Shown: piece after piece, positions 13,145 through 26,350 of the stretch
Layout: each line of letters begins with the position of its first letter
Position numbering within the stretch: position 1 is the stretch's first letter
Source: Parasitella parasitica NRRL 2501
Taxonomy: Eukaryota; Fungi; Mucoromycota
DNA length: 64,000 nucleotides
Assembly: GCA_025201805.1 (NCBI GenBank)
Contig: MU619367.1
Location: forward strand, 5,126 to 69,125
Direction of reading: 5' to 3'
Made by a program: the position numbers and the translations under genes
The notes under the pieces: model-generated
Seen by the model: only the letters and a program-made list of their open reading frames with translations
Database searches by the model: none
What the model was told of the DNA's origin: nothing

Positions 13145-15158
13145 ATGTCAAAGCTCAAGCAAAAATCTCCCACAAAAAAAAAAGCACAGGACAGAGATGA
13201 TGACAACATTGAAATTGACGACCAAACGGACGGTGACATTATACGTTGTGTTTGTGATGACTCTGATGACGACGGGTTTACGATTCAATGTGAGCATTGT
13301 GAAAATTGGCAACACGCTTCGTGTGTAAACATCAAAAAGAATAATATACCAGAGCATTACATGTGTGATCGATGTAATAGAAAACTCAATAGAAAAGATA
13401 ATCAAAGCCGTCGACGTAATTCTCCCTCAGAAACAGGTAATTTAGTGGGGTAATGGCTACAGTGTGAAAAAAAGGAGATGTGCTAACACTTGCGCTGATA
13501 ATGTAGATAAAAAATTAAAGCCAAAAAAACTCTTGAAGCGTAGCATTTCAAAAAAGCGTGTTTATCACCAAGACAGTGAAGATGAAGAAAGCGAAACTCA
13601 CCATATACCGCCAAGGATAACAAAAACCAAGTTCACTCCATTGTCGAAAAGTGTGTTCAAGGAAAAGTTAGTGGAGCATCTATTGGTAGAAGTTCATCGT
13701 CAATGGATGGAATCCAACAAGACAAAACCAGCCAGCAGTAAAAACAAGCTTGAATCTCCATCAACTTCCACGGCAGCCGCAAAAGGTCTCGAATCTATTG
13801 TTGTCATGGAGAGCAATTTATTACTCCCTGCTATCCCCAAAGCGTCTGTTAAACCGTTAAAAAGGTCGTTACGTGGGTCTTTTCTGCAATACCAAAAGGA
13901 TCTGTCCGTGGAAAAGGGTGTGTTTGCTGATATACATATTCCTGAGCATCGATATCTAATGGAAGTTACCGGCGAATATGCACGCAAATCAGAATACAAG
14001 AGCGACCCAGATAATAACTTTGCACTTTTGGCTACACCGCCTGCGCATGTATTTTTTTTCCGCGCTATTGACATATGCATTGACGCTCGTTTTGCTGGAA
14101 ATGACACTCGCTACATTCGCAGATCCTGCTGTCCTAACTCAGAAATCAGAAGTGTCATCTTACCGAACGACAGCGACGACCAAACAATTCATATGGGCAT
14201 TTATACAAGCGAGGAGGTTGACCGGGGCGAGGAAATCACAATTGGCTGGAACTGGCATAGAGGTTATCTCTTGTGGCATAAAAACAAGGAATTCTTGCGT
14301 CAGAATCACACAGTAGAGATTAATCCATCAGAGATTGATTCTTTGAAACAAAGCTTGGACTTGATAGCTTCTGAATTTGGCGAGTGTGCATGTGAAGATA
14401 AAGAGGAGTGCTTGATAGAATACCTGAAAGATGAGCTTGAAAAACAAAGCGACGATCAGCACAACTCAGATAATGTCAGCACTTTGCCGCCTGCTAAAAG
14501 GAAACGTCTCTCAAACAGCAACACGTTGCAAGTTGACAGCGAAAACCTCAAAAAGACCAAGAAAGGAGCTGCTCGCGCTGGTGACATATTCTCGTCTGAT
14601 GAAGAGAGTAGGCCCAAGAGTCGTCGTAACAGTGTCAGCAGCAGCAGCAACAGAGAAGAACATAAACAGGTTAAACTCATTAAAAAAAGCACAACGCCAA
14701 GAAGGAAACCGGTCAATGCTCCTACATCGCCCACAGTGTCTCAAGGAGATAGTCTAGATGTTGACATTATATCCATGAGTCCCGTGCCATCGCAGCCTTC
14801 CAGCGAAAATGAATTAGAGTCCCAAACACTAGGATATAGGCATCCCAAACCATTCGTACCTGGAGATATTAGGCTACCCTGCAAAAAAAGATGGCTTTAT
14901 CAATATCTTGAAGAACAACGAGAAAAGCAACAAAATCAAACTCCAGAATTGTCAGAACAACTCGCATCGGAAACGGGTGGAGACGATCCGAAGTTGCCAC
15001 CAACATCTCCTGAAGCATATGATACAAAGAAAGCCTTGCGCAGTGCAGAACAAGATGAGTCAAGTGACGGTGCTAGTTCCGATTCAACATTACCTTTAGA
15101 AGATACCCCTAAAAACAATCAAGACGAAAAGGCCAGCATACTGGACCAAAGCGCCATC

Positions 15159-15208
<50 letters not shown>

Positions 15209-15470
15209 CACGCCCACGCCCACGCCCACGCCCACGCCCACGCCCACTGCCATCGCCACTCAATCACTGCAGCAAGAATCATCGAGTAATACAGAGCCTA
15301 ATGACAGCATTTCTCAAAATGAAGCTGAATCGTCTTCAAATGTGCATCGAATTGACAATAAAATGGAACAAGTGAAGCTAGCAAAAAAGAAATTAAGCCT
15401 CCAAGAATATTTATTGATGCGTCGAGGTAATTTACCAACACCAGACGAGAAGCATTCATCAACTGAATAA
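13145..15470 (+). CDS. PHD finger + SET domain protein, Set3/Set4/MLL5-like (2 exons)
   Basis: IIRCVC..DDGFTIQCEHCENWQHASCV PHD; SET domain IDARFAGNDTRYIRRSCCPN...GEEITIGW; intron ~13437-13507. Confidence 0.88.
15158..15247 (+). repeat. Compound hexamer microsatellite (acgacc)n(acgccc)n encoding poly-T then (PT)n
   Basis: Directly visible tandem array inside the SET3-like CDS. Confidence 0.9.
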
Positions 15471-15606
15471 TCAAGATTTTTAGTTTTTCTGCTTGGTTAA
15501 TAAAATAATAATTTCCATTTGGTCCCTTTTTTTTTTCTTTTTCTTTTTCTTTGCTTGCTAGTTGATGTTCAAACGACAAAGCGAATCTTTTTATTGTACG
15601 ACCATC

Positions 15607-16975
15607 TTAAGAACGGTAATCAGCATTAATGCTGACATACTCATGGCTCAAATCGCAGGTCCAAAACTTGGTTTCGCTTTGACCCAGGCCCAGATCAACT
15701 TCGATATTCAAGTCTTCCATTTTCAAAATCTCAGACGCTCTGGCCTCATCCACTTGCTCAGGCTCACCCTTAATCATCAACTTCAGTTTCTCGCTGTTGT
15801 CAGAGGGTACAAATGTAACGCTAACCAAGGAAGGGTCAACGTCAACCCCGCTATGACCAAGACTAGCGCAAATTCTCCCCCAATTTGCATCTTGACCGTA
15901 TAATGCCGATTTCACCAACATGGAAGTGGATATGTGAGAAGCCGCTTTTTTGGCACTCTCGAATGTCTCGGCACCCTTGTGAAAAACGTTAGACTTGTTG
16001 ATATGTAAGCATCAGCAATTGGACTTTTACCTTGATGTGAAGTGTAACGAATTTGGTAGCACCTTCGCCATCTCTGACAACTAATTGAGCGAGTTCTGCA
16101 GCAAATGCTGTCAAGCGATCTCGGAAAGCCTCATAATCAGCGCCTTCTGATTCGATTCTAACATCTGAGCCGCCGTTTGCCAACACAGAAATGGTATCGT
16201 TGGTACTCATGTCACCGTCAATACTGATAGAGTTGAAGCTGCGGTCCACGGCATACGTCAGGGCCTTTTGTAATAAATCAGGCGTAACATATGCATCTGT
16301 CACCATGAAACCCAATAAAGTGGCCATATTGGGGTGAATCATACCAGCGCCCTTTGCAATGCCTGCCATTCTGAACTTGGCGCCTTGCAAATCGAATTCA
16401 CCACTGCGCAACTTGGGGAATGTATCGGTGGTCATAAAAGCTTCTGCAGCGTTCATCCAACCGCCCTCATGTTCAGCAGACAACTTGGAAAAAGCATCAC
16501 GAATACCTGACTCAATCTTTTCCATTGGCAAGTTCTGACCAATGACACCAGTAGACATGGTTAAAGCACTAAGGGGTTGCTTTGCCAATTCATCCACAAC
16601 AGAACGCATCTTTTTAGCATCGACAATGCCTTGGGCGCCAGTGACAGCATTGGCACATCCTGAATTCGTTACTACAGCATACAGCTTATTATTGTTTTGC
16701 GCCAAAGTTTCCTTGCTAACAAGCACTGGGGCAGCTTGAAACTTGTTGGTGGTGAAAACAGCGGCACCAGCGCAGGGCAAATCCGATACGACCAGTGCAA
16801 CATCTTTGTTCTTGTTCTTTTTAATGAGTGCAGCAACGCCACTAGCGCGGAAACCGACGGGATAAATGCCTGATTGAGCAATGAAAGATTGCTTGCGAGC
16901 ACTTAGATGTTTGTAGCTTGTCGAAGAATACAGACGACATCCTTGGCTGTACACTGCAGACTTTAAACGAAGCAT
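15607..16975 (-). CDS. ARG7: Mitochondrial ornithine acetyltransferase ArgJ (2 exons)
   Basis: [24 protein letters not shown] autocleavage motif, [35 protein letters not shown]. Confidence 0.96.
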
Positions 16976-17429
16976 CTTGATAGAAAATGGGAAAAAGAGA
17001 AAAGCAGATGAATCTGTAACTGGGCCATTTTATCAACGCCCTTTAAAAAGCTATAAATTAAGCATCACTCTTCATGAGTCATTGTCGGTAAAACTACCAT
17101 GTTACTATGGAACCAGTAGTTGCCAATGTTGCATATTTTTTCACGGAGCTCTTTTTATCATACGAGATACTTTCCTGCAATTTTATTCTGCTTTTACCAT
17201 TGTGACATATCTTTTATACAATGCCCGTAGTATCGTCCTTTCTGGCTGGAGGCATTGCCACTCTCTGATCCATGCAATAGAGATGGGAATAGTTCGCTGA
17301 CCAACTTCAAACGATTATAAAAACCACCAATACTGTATTATAAGGCTTTCTGCACCGTTTTTTATAAAATTTCAACTGAGCCTTCACATGCAGTGTTTCT
17401 TGGCAATACTGACATTGCCAACCAGCGAT

Positions 17430-17478
17430 CGCGCGTCACATGGAAACTAGTAATTCTAGCGTTCGCGTTGTAGCGCGC
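17430..17478. promoter_or_regulatory. Cluster of CGCG-core (MCB/SCB/E2F-like) sites in the POL3 promoter
   Basis: CGCGCGT (17430), TTCGCGTT (17462) and GCGCGC (17473) within 85 bp of the ATG in otherwise AT-rich DNA. Confidence 0.55.
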
Positions 17479-17511
17479 TCACCCCTTTTCTTAACAATAC
17501 CGAAAAAAAAA

Positions 17512-20500
17512 ATGACAAGTTCGCAATCTGACAAAGACATTATGTTATCATCGCAACCATTCGAGCCTGGATCAACCATAAAAAAGAGAAAGACAACACA
17601 TGCACTCAACAAGGAGAATGCTAAAGGTACTGATTTCGAGCAAGAATTGAAATCACTGAATGATGAAATGGATGTCGATATCAAAAGTAAGTGCAAGTGC
17701 CACGGAATTATTTGCTTTATTGATTGTTTGGGTAGTTGAAAACACAGAAGCCACTTGGGGCCGCACTGCTGCTCCTAGGCTGGACCCCACAAAGGACACA
17801 CTTGGTAATGTAGATTGCACGGAATGGATCGAGCGATTGCTGACAATGCCGTAGTATTTCAACAGATCGAGATTGACGAGTATATGGACTGGAAGGCACA
17901 GCAGCCAGTCGTTAGATTTTATGGTGTTACTAAGGTACGTAGCAAAAGATAAATGCCCCAACCAATTACGAATTTAACTTGCCCAGATAGAGTGGAAATA
18001 GTGTTGTTTGTCATGTACGAGATTTTTTGCCTTATTTCTACTTTCCTGCACCCTATGGATTCCAACATATCCATTTGCCTGCGTTAAAGCAATCGCTTTC
18101 GGTAACCCAGAGAGAGAGAGATAGAGAGAGAGAGAGAGTGAGAGACGGAACCTGGAAGAGTACTAATAAACTGTGTTTTTTAGAGCGCCATTGGACAGCC
18201 GGGAGCAGTGTTTGATGTCAGCATCTTGATGAAGCAGAGCATTTATGGTTATCATGGAGAATCCAAATCACCCTTCGTTCGAGTCACTGTAAAGGATCCA
18301 AGAGATATTTCGAAATGCAAAAACAAGATTGAACAGGGCTTGTATATCAGCGATTTCGATAGACCTTGCCAATCTGACACAACATTCGAGAGTAATTTGG
18401 GCTACGTTCTTCGTTTTATGATTGATTGTAAAGTTCCTGGCTCTAATTGGATTGAACTACCTGCTGGAAACTGGTCATTTATAAATGAACCTACATCTTT
18501 GACGCAGTACGAAGTCCAGACAAGGTTTGTATGGATGACTATCGAGCATGCAAATCCAACATACTAAAACGTGCGTTGCAGATACGACAACTTTATCAGT
18601 CACCCTCCTGAAGACGAATGGTCGGATATGGCTCCTTTAAGAGTACTCAGCTTCGATATTGAATGTGCGGGCAGGAAGGGTATCTTTCCTGAAGCAAACG
18701 TTGATCCTGTCATTCAGATTGCCTCTGTTGTGCAAGTTCAAGGTACGCCAAGCATGCTTTACGCAGGCAAATTGCTCATTTTTCTATAGGCCAAAAAAAG
18801 CCATTCATCCGAAATGTATTTACGCTCAACAGCTGTGCACACATTGTTGGATCTCAAGTCCTGTCATTCGAGGATGAAAAAGATCTTTTGCAAAAGTGGA
18901 GTGATTTTATTCGACTAGTAGATCCTGATGTGGTTATCGGCTATAACACGACAAATTTCGACTTTCCTTATTTGCTGGATCGTGCTAAACATTTGGGTGT
19001 TACTAAATTCCCTTACCTTGGCAGGATAAAAGGCGTGCACACTGATGCCAAGGACACGAAATTCTCGTCAAAAGCATATGGCACTCGGGAGAACAAGTTG
19101 ATCAATCTCGAGGGACGTTTGCAGTTGGATATGTTACAAGCTATTCAGCGTGATTACAAGCTTCGCTCTTATACCCTGAACTCTGTTTCTGCCGAATTCT
19201 TGGGCGAACAAAAAGAAGACGTACACCACTCTATTATTACAGAACTGCAAAATGGCAATGAAGAAACCCGCCGTCGTCTCGCTGTGTACTGTCTCAAGGA
19301 TGCCTTTTTGCCACTAAGATTGATGGACAAGCTCATGTTGCTCTTCAATTATACAGAAATGGCCAGAGTCACTGGCGTCCCTTTCAATTACATTCTTGTT
19401 CGTGGGCAGCAGATCAAGGTTATATCTCAATTGTATCGTCGCGCCCTCGAAGAGGATCTTGTTATTCCTGTCATCAAGTCGGAAATATCAGACGAAGCTT
19501 ACGAAGGTGCTACCGTCATTGAACCAGAAAGAGGCTATTACGATGTCCCTATTACAACACTTGATTTCACGTCCTTGTATCCCTCTATTATGCAAGCACA
19601 CAATCTGTGTTACACGACTTTATTGAATCCCGAGATTGTCAAAAATCTCAATTTGGTCAAGGGTGTAGATTACGAAGTAACCCCCAACAGCGACATGTTT
19701 GTCAAAGCGTCAAGACGCAAAGGGCTGTTACCTGCTATTTTGAGTGATCTTTTAGCTGCTCGTAAGAGAGCTAAAAATGATCTCAAGAAAGAAACTGACC
19801 CATTCAAACGCGCTGTTTTGGACGGTCGTCAATTGGCCTTAAAGATCAGCGCTAATTCTGTCTACGGCTTTACTGGTGCAACTGTTGGCAAGCTTCCTTG
19901 TTTGCAAATTTCTTCCAGTGTCACTGCTTATGGTCGTGGCATGATTTTAAAAACTAAAGAAACAGTAGAAGAACATTTCACAATCAAGAATGGTTACAAG
20001 CATGATGCCAAAGTTATCTATGGCGATACTGACTCGGTCATGATTAAATTTGGTGTCGACAACTTGAAGGAAGCCATGGCATTGGGAAGAGAAGGCGCAT
20101 CTCTTGTCACTACGAAATTCATTCGACCCATCAATCTCGACTTTGAAAAGGTGTATTTCCCTTATCTATTGATCAATAAGAAAAGATATGCAGGCCTCTA
20201 CTGGACAAGAGAAGATAAATACGACAAACTAGATGCCAAGGGCATTGAGGTACAGCGCAGCCATTGTATGCTTGTGGATAAACATCGGTTATACTAATTC
20301 TGTTGCACGTGTAGACTGTTCGCCGTGATAATTGTCGTCTCGTACAGAATATCATCTCCAAATGCCTCGATAAACTATTAATCGAAAGAGATGTGGTTGG
20401 CGCGCAAGCATTTGTAAAGCAAACCATCTCGGATTTACTGCAAAACAAAGTTGACCTCTCTCAGCTTGTCATTACAAAAGCTCTGAGCAAATCTGATTAT

Positions 20501-21181
20501 GCAAATAAGCAAGCACACGTTGAACTCGCAGAGCGTATGAAGAAGCGTGATGCTGGTTCTGCCCCTGCGTTAGGCGATCGTGTAGCCTATGTCATCATCA
20601 AAGCTGGCAACAACACACCTGCTTACGATCGTTCTGAAGATCCCTTGTATGTTCTTGATAACAATATCCCCATTGACACAAAATATTACCTCGAAAACCA
20701 ACTCTCAAAGCCATTGCTGCGTATCTTTGAGCCTATCTTGGGCGATAAGGCTGAATCATTGTGTAAGTTTGAACATCATGTTGATTATATGAGTCTAATT
20801 GCTTATGTTGTAGTGGCTGGTGCTCACACAAGAACTGTCAATATCTCTACGCCTACTATTGGTGGGCTAATGCGATTCGCAGTAAAGACGGCAACGTGTC
20901 TTGGATGCAAAGCACCATTGCCGAAAGGTGACACATCCGCTGCATGTAAGCAGTGTAGTGACAGGTTGCCTGAGCTATATCAGCATCAACTCGACACAGT
21001 GAATAAGCTGGAAGTTAAATTCTCTAGACTTTGGACGCAATGTCAGCGCTGTCAAGAGTCATTGCATCAAGACGTTATTTGTTCTAATAATGACTGTCCT
21101 ATTTTTTACATGCGTAAAAAAGCGCAAAAAGACATGGACGAAGCTTCTGAGCGTTTAGATAGATTTAACTATGAGTGGTAA
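17512..21181 (+). CDS. POL3: DNA polymerase delta catalytic subunit (multi-exon)
   Basis: Exo [46 protein letters not shown]-terminal CysA/CysB ([15 protein letters not shown]). Confidence 0.98.
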
Positions 21182-21264
21182 ATAAAATGGACTGTTAATT
21201 GTGTGTAGAAAAACTGTTTTGGTCAGCTACGCTTATTGCTTGTTTGATTAGAATATACAGCATT

Positions 21265-21767
21265 ATGACTAAAAGACGTCTTGACGACAATGATTTTGTG
21301 AACAAATTACGTCAAAAGCAAAAGGAGGATCCTGAAATGAAACATCAAGCAGGTATTTGAACATAAGAAGGCTTCCATACTGTCATTCATCAAAACATTT
21401 GTAGCTCAAAATACTCTTGCGTTGTTGATGCGAGCTCAGCACTCTACTGGAGTAGCTGCTCCAGCTAATGATCCAGAAACGCTACGCCAGTATTTAACCA
21501 GCCATAACCCAGCACCGAAAGTAGCAGTGTGCTATAAATGCCCCAATGCTACAATATACGATAGATGTAGTCATTGCGAACATGATTTATGCCTAAATTG
21601 TCTACAGCAGTGCAATTCGTGCCAACAATTATACTGCACAACCTGTTCAAATATCAAGTTAAGTCCTTTACATTTCACGTAACTGCTTGAGCACTGACTG
21701 TATTCAAACAATTAGCTATTCTCAATCTTTAGAACAGGTTTTTTGCTTGTCATGTACGCAAGGTTGA
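21265..21767 (+). CDS. SIVA1: Siva-family cysteine-rich zinc-binding protein (3 exons)
   Basis: Exons 21265-21352, 21405-21657, 21716-21767: MTKRRL..AQNTLALLMRAQ..CYKC..CSHCEHDLCLNCLQQCNSCQQLYCTTCSNINYSQSLEQVFCLSC, the same Cys spacing as Siva. Confidence 0.7.
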
Positions 21768-22186
21768 TTGTTATACATTTTTTTTTTTTGTAATATACCA
21801 CCGTAATCCTTGACATTTTCTAAATGAAAATTTAAAATCTATAGCACCTCACTCTGTAACAAATTGAACGCAAAGTTTATTAGTAGAAAGACGTTTTCCT
21901 GAATAATGAGGAAGGACGCTGTAACAAAATAAGACCAAAATTCAAATCAACATTTTCAGGTACCAGAGATCCATCATCTTTTTACAGGTAGCACGTCCAA
22001 TAGAACTATGTTTTGTGAAAAAGGGATTATGGCTGTAAAAAAAAAAAAAAAAAAAATAGACAAATCATCTTTCCACAATCTATTGACTAATAGAGAACGC
22101 AATTAAGGTGCTCAAACATTGATATAAATTATAAAATCGCTCCTATACAGCGAGGATATCTATTTTACAGGTTAATCAAAGAGGAT

Positions 22187-22681
22187 TTGGCCTACCAGAT
22201 GATCTCTGTGAATTCTGTGGCTATCTTGAAACCACTGCTCATATGCTTTTTACTTGTCCTTCTCATCTGGAAATCTGGTCCAACTACTTCTCCTTGGTCT
22301 TTGTGCCCACTGGCGCTCTTGATATGAGTAAAGTTTATCAAGACGTCATGTCTCTCAATCTCTCCTCGAACTGTCTTCTAGATTCACCTCTCAAGGTGTC
22401 CGTCTTTGAAGCAGTTACCTGTGTTATCACAGCCATTTGGCGTGCCAAGTGGCGGGCCCATTTTGACAATGCTGATTTTGGCAACCAATCCGTCGTGGAT
22501 CGTGCCATGATCAACTTGAGACACATATCGTCTTTAAACACTTTTTAACAATTTTCTTTGCCCTCTCAGGGCGGGTCACTTCATATTACACCCGCTCCTT
22601 TCAAATATTCAATTCAATAATATTTTTTTTTATGAGTTTATTTCTTAATAAATCTTCATACTTACAAACGAAAAAAAAAAA
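22187..22681 (+). mobile_element. 5'-truncated L1/Tx1-like non-LTR retrotransposon
   Basis: zf-RVT motif CEFCGYLETTAHMLFTCP and IWRAKW, stop at 22548, AATAAA, poly-A 22671-22681, 14-bp TSD taatcaaagaggat at 22173-22186 and 22682-22695. Confidence 0.92.
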
Positions 22682-23399
22682 TAATCAAAGAGGATACTTT
22701 TACTCCTGTTGAGATTCTCTAACATAATGCTGTTTCTGTAGTAAAGATTTCAGAATCATCTGTTTAATATCATACGAGAATTCACACTACTAATACTACT
22801 CTGAGATTGGCTTTGAAACCTGTTATGCTTTCAAACTGTATATATATGCTTTACCGGCGAGCTCTTTTATCAATCGGGAAGCGAAACATGAATAGCATAT
22901 TTCCTGATTATTGTGGATAGACACATCACACTTGCACGAAGCTGTATGACGGAAAAATAAACGTAATGCAGACGAGTATACATTAAAGTACTTTGGTGGG
23001 ATATAAGTTTGATTCAGGTAAATTCTGGATTATGTTTTAGTATTTGCCACTAAAATCCCTACTATTATTAGCAAATTACTCTTGATAGATAGGCCGCTTT
23101 AAATGAAGTTGTATCGACAAAATAATGGCAAGTTTCACAGACACAGCAAGCCATCTTACACAATCTCTTTTATATCATAATAACTTATGCACGATAGTGT
23201 GATGTATGTTTTACTCACAAAAATTTACTATGATGTTAATGGAAAAGGCTCGCATTTTTAATAGTCAAAGTAGCTATTTGCGGCAGCCGATAACTGCTTT
23301 ATTAACAGAATACAAAAATCTTAAAAATTGCATATAAATGTTTACAGATTTTGACCAAGAGCAAAATCGGATAAATTGATTCAATTTTGAAAACACAAA

Positions 23400-23912
23400 C
23401 ATCGCTATCAGAGCATATCTTGGTTTCCACTGGGCAATGTCTCTATCAAAAGTTATCTGCAAAAACAGTTTTATTTTTCATTATTTATCATAAATATCAG
23501 ATATTTGGTTATAACTTTTGCTAAAATGATCGTAGAACCATGATCTAACTTGGAAAACTTAGCGCTGACTTGGCGCTATCTGGCAACAACATTGGCTTTC
23601 ATGTTTTTATTGATATCTATACAGTTATCAGATGATATCACAAATTTATATATCAGAATTGCATATAATCGATGATAGGCTTCGATAAAGAACAGAATAA
23701 ATACTGTCTTATGCGCCATAAAAACAGGCATGATCATCGCTATTTGAGCATAACTTAATTTTGCTTGGGCGACCTGTTAATCAAAAGTTATCTGCAAAAA
23801 CAGTTTTATTTTTCATTATTTATCATAAATATCAGATATTTGGTTTTAATCGGTCGCCCAAATTGCCGATGGCAAAATTTTTGGATTTTCGGGGTTTAAA
23901 TATTGAAACCCC
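23400..23912. repeat. Structured repeat block (66-bp perfect direct repeat plus nested inverted repeats); probable non-autonomous DNA element relic
   Basis: 23445-23510 is identical to 23780-23845; IRs caaaagttat/ataacttttg, ttgggcgacc/ggtcgcccaa and hairpin cggggttt..aaaccccg. Confidence 0.7.
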
Positions 23913-24490
23913 GCATTTTTCGAATTCAGGCATTCAGAAGTGAATGGCATTATTGATATTAGTATATGGAGATAGAAGGTTTTTTAAACTTTTCGAGTAA
24001 GATTTTGTAAAAAATAAAAACGAAATGTTTGTTTATGTTTAGAATATAGATCAAATCTCAGTGATAATGTGTTATACTTTGTATAATACATGATAAAGGG
24101 AGCATGAGTAGAAACGTGTAGTAGAATGGAATGACTTTATTTAGACATGGTAAAGAGACGTTAGTGGCCATATCCTATGACATTTGATTTCTGAAATCGG
24201 TGTTAAATCTTGATGAATGTTCCTCCACCAAAGGTTTACTATGAAGGACATTGATGTGTCAATTTTCCAACCGGAAGTCAAACTCAAGTAAACTCAATAC
24301 TAAACACAATTCAGGAACTTATCCCAATGGATCATGTTCCTTATTTATAAGTCAACATGACATGTTCATGGACAATAAGATACAATCTATCGTTCCATTC
24401 TCTAAATCACACCATGTCTCACACTTGTATCTTATCCTCCCATCAGTCCACTTAGATTCACTAGTATATAAATCATCATTTTTTCCATAT

Positions 24491-26005
24491 TGTGGAATCG
24501 GTATAAATTGTTATATGGATTCACGGAAAAAAACTATAATAAAAAAACAATAAAGTCAACTTGATAAAGGTGTGGATATAATATCCATACTTCATACATC
24601 GATCATCATTTCATGCTATATTTGAATCATGAGTGTACTACTCAATAGATATTATCAAATGTGTACATAGTCGGAAGAATAGAATAACCAACATATAAGA
24701 TAAGAAATGAATCTTAACAAATCACAATACATGCAAGTCAATGTATAATATAGCCTGATATTTTGATCAAAGATCTTAATCCAATAGTGAGGCTACATGA
24801 ATAGATAGAATATTCTTTGAAGATTGATAATGATTGAGATGTGATAGTGGAAACTATATAAAGAGGGCGTCAATCTGTAATGATTAGAGTTCTCCATGTC
24901 GGTTTTCGCCTATTAATTGAAGGTTGAATCTCATCTCAATTCCAATATTGACACTGACATTCAAATGGAATTGTATAAAGACTTTTAGAAACCAGGACCA
25001 GAGCAATCCTGGCTTCCTTTTCAATCTTTAATAAAGACCCTACGTTCTCCGTGATATAATCGCTTGTAGTCTCTTTATTTAATTGTCTTTGGAAATAATC
25101 GTTATTCATATAACTCTCACTCCAGTCTGAACTAAATAATAAATCTATACGTTATCTAGTTGACTTATCTTGTTTTTTTATACTTTTTTTCTGTGAATAT
25201 CCTTACATCAAGCATATTCCACAAAAGGTATAGGTTTTATTATCAAATCGACAGGTGTATAAAGCTCCAGTTCATCTACTGGCCAGGTAGATGAACCTTT
25301 ATATACTTAAACTGTGGATAAATGTTCTATTCTCGCAATTTAACATGTACGACAATACTGCGTAACTAGCATCTTAACTTTGTGCTAACCTACATATCAG
25401 CAGACTCAAGATGATAACTTAAATATATTTGAGTCAGGAGATAGACTTTACCCGAGGTAGTACCCTGATCAATCTTCTATGCGAAGATTATTAATATCGA
25501 TCCATAAGCGTATATCATTCCTTGTATAGTCTTATCCAGTCTATATTAATAGTACATGTCTGAGTGTATATCACTTGGTATTCATCTTAGCATATATCGG
25601 TATATGTAGCACGTCTATAGCATGTCATAAGCATATCTATAGCATTGCACATATTGTACAAGTCTGTAGTACATGATGTATCTGTAGCTAGTATCATGGA
25701 TATAAGTATATGTCTTGTAGTGCGTATCTAGAAACTGGGAATACGCATCTGAAGCATAGATCTTATATAGCATAAGCTCGTAGCATATACTAAATCTAGT
25801 AAATGTCTAAGGCTCGTGTCGAGATATAAGTATCAGTCTATAGCGTCATCCATCCTAATGGTGCCGTCTCTAGCTTATATCTTATATAGTATAAATCTGT
25901 ATTGCACATCTTATTATCTGTGCGCATATGTAGTTTATATCAATTTAAGGTAACTGGATGAATCTAGAAGTGGAATGCAGATCATCATGGTGAATGTATT
26001 TCACA
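24491..26005 (+). mobile_element. Dispersed LTR-like repeat, copy 2 (complete, ~857 bp without nested insert)
   Basis: Termini TGTGGAAT...ATTTCACA; near-TSD catat (24486-24490)/catgt (26006-26010); homologous to copies 1 and 3. Confidence 0.8.
24571..25223 (+). mobile_element. 653-bp solo LTR nested in repeat copy 2
   Basis: TGTGGA...TCCACA termini, perfect 5-bp TSD AAAGG (24566-24570, 25224-25228), internal TATATAAA then AATAAA; copy 3 shows the empty site. Confidence 0.85.
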
Positions 26006-26350
26006 CATGTAATAAACGAGATCTTTACCTGATTAATTCACAACCGTTTTATTTGAATAATTCCTCATTCTGATAAATCGGACATTTTATCCTTTATACG
26101 GAGCTGTGCTCTTGCTTGATTGATAACTCGGAAACTCTTATCCACAAAGCTTCTAGGGATTGGTTCAAGGCGTAACCAATGATCCCCCATCCTAGATCGT
26201 GGTCCTATTGCTGCGGCACTGTCAAATAACTATAAACACCTTCAAAACGTACATTAGTTTAAATCCTCATTCTATCTTGGAATAGCAAAATAAATATATT
26301 CAATTCTAAACGTATTTTGTTAGATAAAAAAAAAGATAATGAAAACCAAA

